NCBI RefSeq assembly: GCF_043950625.1
Contig: NZ_CP171007.1
Strand: one strand, 5' to 3'
Origin: Alkanindiges sp. WGS2144
GTDB taxonomy: Bacteria > Pseudomonadota > Gammaproteobacteria > Pseudomonadales > Moraxellaceae
DNA length: 32,000 bases
A program made the translations under genes and the position numbers. Of this stretch, positions 26,204 to 32,000 are shown one piece after another. How positions within the stretch are numbered: the first letter of the stretch is position 1; the number at the start of each line of letters is the position of its first letter. The notes beneath the pieces are model-generated. The model did not search any database, was not told the origin of the DNA, and saw nothing but the letters and a program-made list of their open reading frames with translations.

Positions 26204-27853
26204 ATGCAACAGGCAGAGTTTGACTATGTGATTATTGGAGGTGGCTCGGCAGGCTGTGTGCTGGCTGGTCGCCTAAGTGAAGACCCCAATGTTTCAGTAT
26301 GCTTGCTGGAATCCGGCGGTGATGGCAACAACTGGATTGTCAATACACCGGCAGCGGCCATTTTAAGTATTTCAACCAAACTCAATAACTGGGCATTTAA
26401 TACCACGCCGCAAGCAGGATTAAATGGAAGACTGGGCTACCAGCCACGCGGAAAAGGACTGGGTGGCAGCTCAAACATTAATGCCATGGTGTATATTCGC
26501 GGCCATCGGCAGGATTATGATCGCTGGGCGGCACTGGGCAATACAGGCTGGTCGTATGATGAGGTGCTGCCGTATTTTAAAAAGTCCGAGCACAATGAAA
26601 GAATTAATAATAAATATCATGGACAGGGCGGGCCACTGAATGTTTGTGATTTACGCTCTGATAGCGTGTTGCAGCAGGTGTATGTTCAGGCTGCCAAAGA
26701 AGCGGATTATCCGCTCAATGATGATTTTAACGGTGCCGAGCAAGAGGGCCTGGGCGTTTATCAGGTTACGCAAATTAATGGTGAGCGCTGTAGTGCTGCA
26801 CGCGCTTTTTTACTGCCGCATTTAGGCAAACGTCCTAATTTACAGGTAGAAACCTTTGCCCATGTGCAGCGGATTATTATTGAAGACGGCTGTGCGGTTG
26901 GGGTGGAGTTTAAGCAGCAAAAACAGCTAAAAATCATTCGGGCCAAGTGTGAAGTGTTGCTCTCAGCCGGCACGTTTCAATCGCCGCATATTTTAATGTT
27001 GTCTGGTATTGGCGATAAAACTGAACTGGAACAGCATGGTATTAAGGTAGTGCATCATTTACCGGGTGTGGGCAAAAACCTGCATGATCATCCGGATTTT
27101 ATTTTTGGCTATAAAGTCAGGCAGACCCAGGGCACTTTTGGCTTATCAGTTGGTGGTTCTTTTGATTTGTTAAAGCAGATTGGCAATTATCGCAAAAACC
27201 GCCGTGGCATGATTACTACCAACTTTGCCGAATGTGGCGGCTTTTTAAAGACCAACCCGGAATTATCAATCCCTAACCTGCAACTGCATTTTGTGATCGC
27301 ACTGGTAGACAATCATGGTCGTACGCTACATCGCGGGCACGGGATTTCCTGCCATGTGTGTTTGCTCAATCCACGCAGCCGCGGTAGCGTCAAACTCAGT
27401 GGTGGGCATATTGATGATCCGCTGCAAATCGACCTAAATTTTTTGCATGATTCGCAGGATATGCAAGACATGGTGGCTGGTTTTAAAATGACCAAAAAGC
27501 TGATGGATACCCCCGCGTTTAGGGCGATTATCCAGCAGGATGTGTTTTGCAATCATGTTCAGACTGATGAGGATATCCGCGAGCTGCTGTGCCAGCGAGT
27601 AGATACCGTTTATCATCCGGTGGGCACCTGCAAAATGGGTATTGATGAGATGGCCGTGGTGGATCCTGAACTCAAAGTTTACGGGATTAAAGGCCTGCGT
27701 GTGGTAGATGCATCAATTATGCCCACCGTGGTCAATGGTAATACCAATGCGCCAACCATTATGATTGCTGAGAAAGCAGTAGACCTGATCCGGCAAAGCA
27801 ATCAAGCGCAAGCTATTGACTGTGCGACAACAGAATCGGCTGCAATGGCCTAG
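26204..27853 (+). CDS. GMC-family FAD-dependent oxidoreductase (choline/alcohol dehydrogenase-like)
   Basis: The N-terminus has the FAD-binding motif FDYVIIGGGSAGCVLAGRLSEDPNVSVCLLESGG, with GKGLGGSSNINAMVYIRG further on. The C-terminus has the GMC signature HPVGTCKMG...VVDASIMPTVVNGNTNAPTIMIAEKA. ATG 26204 follows AAGGA by 8 nt, whereas the track start at 26195 has no spacing from it. Confidence 0.9.
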   Translation: MQQAEFDYVIIGGGSAGCVLAGRLSEDPNVSVCLLESGGDGNNWIVNTPAAAILSISTKLNNWAFNTTPQAGLNGRLGYQPRGKGLGGSSNINAMVYIRGHRQDYDRWAALGNTGWSYDEVLPYFKKSEHNERINNKYHGQGGPLNVCDLRSDSVLQQVYVQAAKEADYPLNDDFNGAEQEGLGVYQVTQINGERCSAARAFLLPHLGKRPNLQVETFAHVQRIIIEDGCAVGVEFKQQKQLKIIRAKCEVLLSAGTFQSPHILMLSGIGDKTELEQHGIKVVHHLPGVGKNLHDHPDFIFGYKVRQTQGTFGLSVGGSFDLLKQIGNYRKNRRGMITTNFAECGGFLKTNPELSIPNLQLHFVIALVDNHGRTLHRGHGISCHVCLLNPRSRGSVKLSGGHIDDPLQIDLNFLHDSQDMQDMVAGFKMTKKLMDTPAFRAIIQQDVFCNHVQTDEDIRELLCQRVDTVYHPVGTCKMGIDEMAVVDPELKVYGIKGLRVVDASIMPTVVNGNTNAPTIMIAEKAVDLIRQSNQAQAIDCATTESAAMA

Positions 27854-27893
27854 GACAGTGAGCTTTAAGTGGCAAATTTTATACAGATAACTT

Positions 27894-29336
27894 TTATATC
27901 AGAAATAGGGTAGCCAGCCCCAGAAAGATAAAAAAGCCGCCCGAATCGGTCAGTGCGGTGATCATCACCGAACTGCCCAGCGCTGGGTCTTTGCCTAGCT
28001 TGATGCGCAGCATGGGAATAAGTACCCCGGCAGAGGCTGCCAGTAGCAGGTTTAGTGTCATGGCCGCTAGCATCACCAGACCCAGCGCCACATTGCTATA
28101 TAGCGCCCAGGTTAAAATGCCCAGTAACCCGCCCCATAAAATGCCATTGATCAGGGCCACTTCTACTTCCTTGCGGAGCAAGCGTCGCATGGCGGAAGTA
28201 TCCACCTTGCCCATGGCAATGGCGCGTACAATCATGGTAATGGTCTGATTGCCCGAATTTCCCCCCATGCCCGCCACAATGGGCATGAGAGTTGCCAGTG
28301 CCACCAGATGCGCAATGGTATTTTCAAAAGCACCAATGACACGCGATGCAAAAATGGCTGTACACATATTAATCGCCAGCCAGCCCCAGCGGTTTTGTAC
28401 CGAACGCCATACAGACGCAAAGATATCCTCTTCTTCTTTTAAACCCGCGTTGCTTAAAATCTCGCGCTCATCTTCTTCCCGCACATAATCGACAATATCG
28501 ACTACGGTCAGGCGCCCAATAAGGCGTTTTTCCGAATCGATCACTGGTGCAGAAATCAGATCATAACGCTCAAAGGCCTGAGCTGCCGCATGTGCCTCAT
28601 CATCAGGTCTAAAGTTAATAGGGTCTTTATCCATAATATCAGCCACCGGGGTATCAGGCTGATGCGTGAGTAGCATTTCCAGGGTAAGTAGCCCCAGTAG
28701 CTGGTTATCACGGTCTACTACAAAAATTTTATCGGTATGTTCTGGTAACTGGTCAAAGCGGCGCAGGTAACGCAGTACGACGCGTAGCTCCACATCATTG
28801 CGTACCGTGACCACATCAAAGTCCATGATGGCGCCGACAGTGTTTTCCGCATATGACATGGCTGAATGAACCTGAGCCAGTTCTTCCGGGTCAAGAGCAG
28901 AAAAAATCTCGTTGAGAATATCCTGCGGCAAATCCGGTGCCAGATCGGCCAGTTCATCCATATCCAGGCTTTCAGCCGCCGCTTTAATTTCATGGCTGTC
29001 CATTGCGCCAAGTAGCGACTCGCGTACTGGATCGGATACTTCCAGCAGAATCTCGCCGTCTTTTTCTTCTGACTGTACCAGATGCCATACCACCAAACGC
29101 TCGTCCAGTGGCAAGTTTTCTAAAATATAGGCAATATCTGCGGCGTGTAATTCGTTTAAGCTGTGTTGTAGCTTGGACAGGTTCTGCTGCTGCATCAGCT
29201 GGGCAATATGGCGTTGCTTGGGGGTATCCTGACGCTGGCTTAAGGCTTCCACCAAATGCTGGCGTTTAAGCAAAAACTGGATATGCTGGAGCAGGGGCTG
29301 TAAATTTTCATGCTGCTGTTCTGGTTTTATGGACAT
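27894..29336 (-). CDS. mgtE: Magnesium transporter MgtE
   Basis: An N-terminal MgtE-N domain (AADIAYILENLPLDERLVVW) is followed by a tandem CBS pair (TVGAIMDFDVVTV..., VADIMDKDPINF...VIDSEKRLIGRLTVVDIVD). The C-terminal TM domain has PIVAGMGGNSGNQT and ALTDSGGFFIFLGLA. Confidence 0.93.
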   Translation of the reverse strand: MSIKPEQQHENLQPLLQHIQFLLKRQHLVEALSQRQDTPKQRHIAQLMQQQNLSKLQHSLNELHAADIAYILENLPLDERLVVWHLVQSEEKDGEILLEVSDPVRESLLGAMDSHEIKAAAESLDMDELADLAPDLPQDILNEIFSALDPEELAQVHSAMSYAENTVGAIMDFDVVTVRNDVELRVVLRYLRRFDQLPEHTDKIFVVDRDNQLLGLLTLEMLLTHQPDTPVADIMDKDPINFRPDDEAHAAAQAFERYDLISAPVIDSEKRLIGRLTVVDIVDYVREEDEREILSNAGLKEEEDIFASVWRSVQNRWGWLAINMCTAIFASRVIGAFENTIAHLVALATLMPIVAGMGGNSGNQTITMIVRAIAMGKVDTSAMRRLLRKEVEVALINGILWGGLLGILTWALYSNVALGLVMLAAMTLNLLLAASAGVLIPMLRIKLGKDPALGSSVMITALTDSGGFFIFLGLATLFLI

Positions 29337-29643
29337 ACTAACCCCTAAAAAAGCTGATGCGTATTGTGTTATCTAATAAGCGCGGTTTTTTACAATGATG
29401 ACACTCTGGCTAGTGTAACAAGATAAACAGTTAAAAATGTTGAGTTTATTTTTAGCTTTTATTTAAGCCCGTATCTGGTGTTGTGTCATTGTGCTGAATG
29501 ATTTGACGCATAAAATTTGTACAATCCTTAACCATAAAACGAATTCATGCTAAAATGGCCGGTTCTCACTTTTGCGCTATTCCCCATGAAGCGCCGCTAG
29601 CCTGTCCCTGCCATTGTCGCATTTAAAGAAAAGAGCCGCCAGC

Positions 29644-32000
29644 ATGTCTACTGCCTACAAAGATATTGATACCCCGACCAAGCTGTTTGACTATGACAAA
29701 CACTGGGCATCATGTTTTGAACCTGCCCCGTTCTTGCCCATGTCACGCGCAGAAATGGATCAGCTTGGCTGGGATGCTTGCGACTTTATCATGATTTGCG
29801 GTGATGCCTATGTGGATCATCCGTCATTCTGTTCCGGTATTATTGGCAGGACACTGGAAGCACAAGGCTTTCGGGTAGGAATTATTGCCCAGCCAGACTG
29901 GACGTCAGCCGAGGCCTTCAAGGTACTGGGCAAACCCGTGTATGCCTATGGCGTCACCGCTGGCAATATGGATTCCATGATTAACCGCTATACGGCTGAT
30001 CGCAAGATTCGTTCTGATGATGCCTATTCACCGGGCAACGTGGCCAACAAGCGCCCGGATCGTGCGGCGATTGTATATTCGCAGCGCTGCCGTGAGGCTT
30101 ATCCTGACGTGCCCGTATTGCTGGGCGGGATTGAAGGCAGCCTGCGCCGCATTGCCCATTATGATTACTGGTCAGATAAAGTGCGCCGCTCGATTTTGAT
30201 GGATGCCAAGGCGGATTTACTGATGTATGGCAATGGTGAGCGTTCCATTGTAGAAGTCCTGCATCGTCTGGCCAAAGGCGAAAATATTAAAGATATTACT
30301 AATGTGCGTGGTACGGCGTTTATTTTAAATAAAAACAGCAAACAGGCCAAAAAAGACTTTGTTGAAATTGCCAGTAACGATGTGGACAGCATTGGCCGGG
30401 TTGACCCAATTATTAACCCGTATGTGATGACTGAAGACCTTGCCGGTTGTGACCTAGAAAATGGTAAAGGGGAACAGAAGAAGGATTCTGTTAGTCAGTA
30501 TCAGGGTTTTACCAAAGAGCCAGTGGCCAACCCAATTGTCCGCGAAGGCACGCAACTTGATGCCGATACGCAAATCGTGCAACTCAAGGCAGCACCCAGC
30601 AAAGCCATCAAGCATAAGCTGCCACCGCGCGAACTGTCAGTCATTCGTTTGCCGGACTTTGAACAAGTCGCCAATGACCCGGTGCTCTATGCGCATGCCA
30701 ACCGGATTTTGCATCTGGAAACCAATCCCGGTAATGCCCGTGCACTGGTACAACGGCATGCGGATCGTGATGTATGGATCAACCCGCCACCGATTCCGCT
30801 GACCACCGAAGAAATGGACTATGTGTTTGACCTGCCGTATGCGCGTTTGCCACACCCAAGCTATGGTGATGCGCGGATTCCAGCCTTTGATATGATCAAG
30901 TTTTCCGTCAATATCATGCGCGGCTGTTTTGGTGGTTGTACCTTTTGTTCCATTACCGAGCATGAAGGCCGGATTATTCAAAATCGTTCGGAAGAATCCA
31001 TTCTACGCGAAGTGGAAAAAATCCGTGATACCGCGCCTCAGTTTACCGGCATTATTTCCGACCTGGGCGGGCCAACTGCCAATATGTACCGACTGGCTTG
31101 TAAAGACCCGCAAATTGAAAAAAACTGCCGCAAGCCGTCCTGCGTGTATCCGGGCGTCTGTGACAACCTGCATACCGATCATGCGCCACTGACACAGCTG
31201 TATCGTAAGGCGCGTGCGATTAAAGGTATTAAAAAAATCCTGATTGGCTCTGGCTTGCGATATGACTTGGCAGTATTAAATCCTGAATATGTGCGCGAAC
31301 TGGTCACCCATCATGTCGGTGGCTACTTAAAAATTGCCCCGGAACATACCGAAGAAAATGCCCTGTCCAAAATGATGAAACCCGGCATTGGTACCTATGA
31401 CCGTTTTAAGCAAATGTTTGAGCGCTTTAGCAAGGAAGCCGGCAAGGAACAGTACCTGATTCCATATTTTATTGCGGCACATCCGGGTACTACCGATGTC
31501 GACATGATGAATCTCGCCATTTGGCTGAAGAAAAACGGTTTTCGAGCCGATCAGGTACAAACCTTTTATCCATCGCCCATGGCCACCGCCACCACCATGT
31601 ATCACACCTTAAAAAATCCGCTTAGGAAAGTATCGCGGCATAGTGAAACGGTGGATATTGTCAAAGGTGAAAAACGCCGCCGTCTGCATAAGGCGTTCCT
31701 GCGTTACCATGATCCCAACAACTGGCCATTGCTGCGTGAAGCTCTAAAAAGCATGGGCCGTAGTGATTTGATTGGCAACAGCAAGCAGCATTTGATTCCT
31801 ACTTATCAGCCGCAAGGCACGGAAGGTGAGTACAGCTCTGCCCGCAAGAAAAATTCCACAGTGGCTGGGGATTCGCAAAAGCGTAGTGGTTCACAGCCGC
31901 GTGGCAATGCTTCTGGCTCCTCCAATCGCCCCCAAAAAGGTCAGATACTGACCCAGCATACTGGATTGCCGCCAAGAGAGCAGAAGGATAGAAAGCAGGA
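29644..32000 (+). CDS. ygiQ: YgiQ-family radical SAM protein (UPF0313); the frame is still open at the right window edge
   Basis: Manual translation from ATG 29644 gives [62 protein letters not shown]...[20 protein letters not shown]. The radical SAM cluster motif [18 protein letters not shown] lies near 30917-30970. There is no stop before 32000, so the ORF track does not list it. Confidence 0.9.
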   Translation, partial: MSTAYKDIDTPTKLFDYDKHWASCFEPAPFLPMSRAEMDQLGWDACDFIMICGDAYVDHPSFCSGIIGRTLEAQGFRVGIIAQPDWTSAEAFKVLGKPVYAYGVTAGNMDSMINRYTADRKIRSDDAYSPGNVANKRPDRAAIVYSQRCREAYPDVPVLLGGIEGSLRRIAHYDYWSDKVRRSILMDAKADLLMYGNGERSIVEVLHRLAKGENIKDITNVRGTAFILNKNSKQAKKDFVEIASNDVDSIGRVDPIINPYVMTEDLAGCDLENGKGEQKKDSVSQYQGFTKEPVANPIVREGTQLDADTQIVQLKAAPSKAIKHKLPPRELSVIRLPDFEQVANDPVLYAHANRILHLETNPGNARALVQRHADRDVWINPPPIPLTTEEMDYVFDLPYARLPHPSYGDARIPAFDMIKFSVNIMRGCFGGCTFCSITEHEGRIIQNRSEESILREVEKIRDTAPQFTGIISDLGGPTANMYRLACKDPQIEKNCRKPSCVYPGVCDNLHTDHAPLTQLYRKARAIKGIKKILIGSGLRYDLAVLNPEYVRELVTHHVGGYLKIAPEHTEENALSKMMKPGIGTYDRFKQMFERFSKEAGKEQYLIPYFIAAHPGTTDVDMMNLAIWLKKNGFRADQVQTFYPSPMATATTMYHTLKNPLRKVSRHSETVDIVKGEKRRRLHKAFLRYHDPNNWPLLREALKSMGRSDLIGNSKQHLIPTYQPQGTEGEYSSARKKNSTVAGDSQKRSGSQPRGNASGSSNRPQKGQILTQHTGLPPREQKDRKQ

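Noticed and set aside
26204-27853. Calling the GMC oxidoreductase choline dehydrogenase BetA.
   Set aside because: No betB, betI or betT genes are adjacent, and the GMC family is functionally diverse (AlkJ-like alcohol dehydrogenases have the same size). Only the family-level call is supportable.
29337-29643. A possible Mg2+ (M-box) riboswitch or other structured RNA in the mgtE/ygiQ divergent intergenic region.
   Set aside because: I saw only short, weak palindromes and plausible promoter hexamers (for example TTAACC-N17-TAAAAT before ygiQ). Nothing resembles the extended conserved M-box architecture. An Rfam scan would be needed to say more.
241-31605. Numerous 60-190-aa track ORFs that lie antisense or out of frame within longer genes. 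Examples are 241..429, 1241..1801, 1476..1925, 2556..2948, 4310..4621, 10994..11344, 11916..12305, 13102..13524, 18150..18434, 19646..20134, 20779..21192, 23160..23462, 25232..25591, 28249..28488 and 30637..30981.
   Set aside because: Each is fully embedded in a longer ORF with clear family motifs on the other strand or frame. Their translations are low-complexity or Cys/Arg/Ser-rich, as expected of shadow ORFs.

Overview
This window looks like a chromosomal segment of a gammaproteobacterium. Local gene order resembles Pseudomonas: nadC - DUF1631-like - ampD - murJ, and ycgN - tsaC - dprA - LysM/TsaP-like - def. I support about 27 protein-coding genes, and most are housekeeping. All family calls come from motif recognition by eye, since no searches were run.

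The one clearly accessory segment is about 15.1-18.7 kb. It holds a 36-repeat type I-F CRISPR array (28-nt repeat GTTTACTGCCATATAGGCAGCTTAGAAA, 35 unique spacers) with an AT-rich leader and a degenerate terminal repeat. No cas gene lies anywhere in the 32 kb. Directly next to the array is a lone class I HMG-CoA reductase gene interrupted by a single in-frame TAG, which removes the C-terminal catalytic region.

Other content:
- a CioAB-type cytochrome bd oxidase operon with a small trailing membrane ORF that the ORF track missed
- a DUF2946-like gene paired with a TonB-dependent copper receptor that carries a very Met/His/Asp-rich loop
- an alanine-racemase-fold ornithine/lysine decarboxylase with a long leader
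- a GMC oxidoreductase
- mgtE
- the 5' part of ygiQ

Two open-ended genes absent from the track (nadC at the left edge, ygiQ at the right edge) were recovered by manual translation. I saw no tRNA or rRNA genes, transposases or integrases.

I do not see a convincing novel multi-gene system. The most checkable unusual items are the cas-less I-F array, the nonsense-interrupted HMGR abutting it, and the break in def-fmt synteny where both sit.
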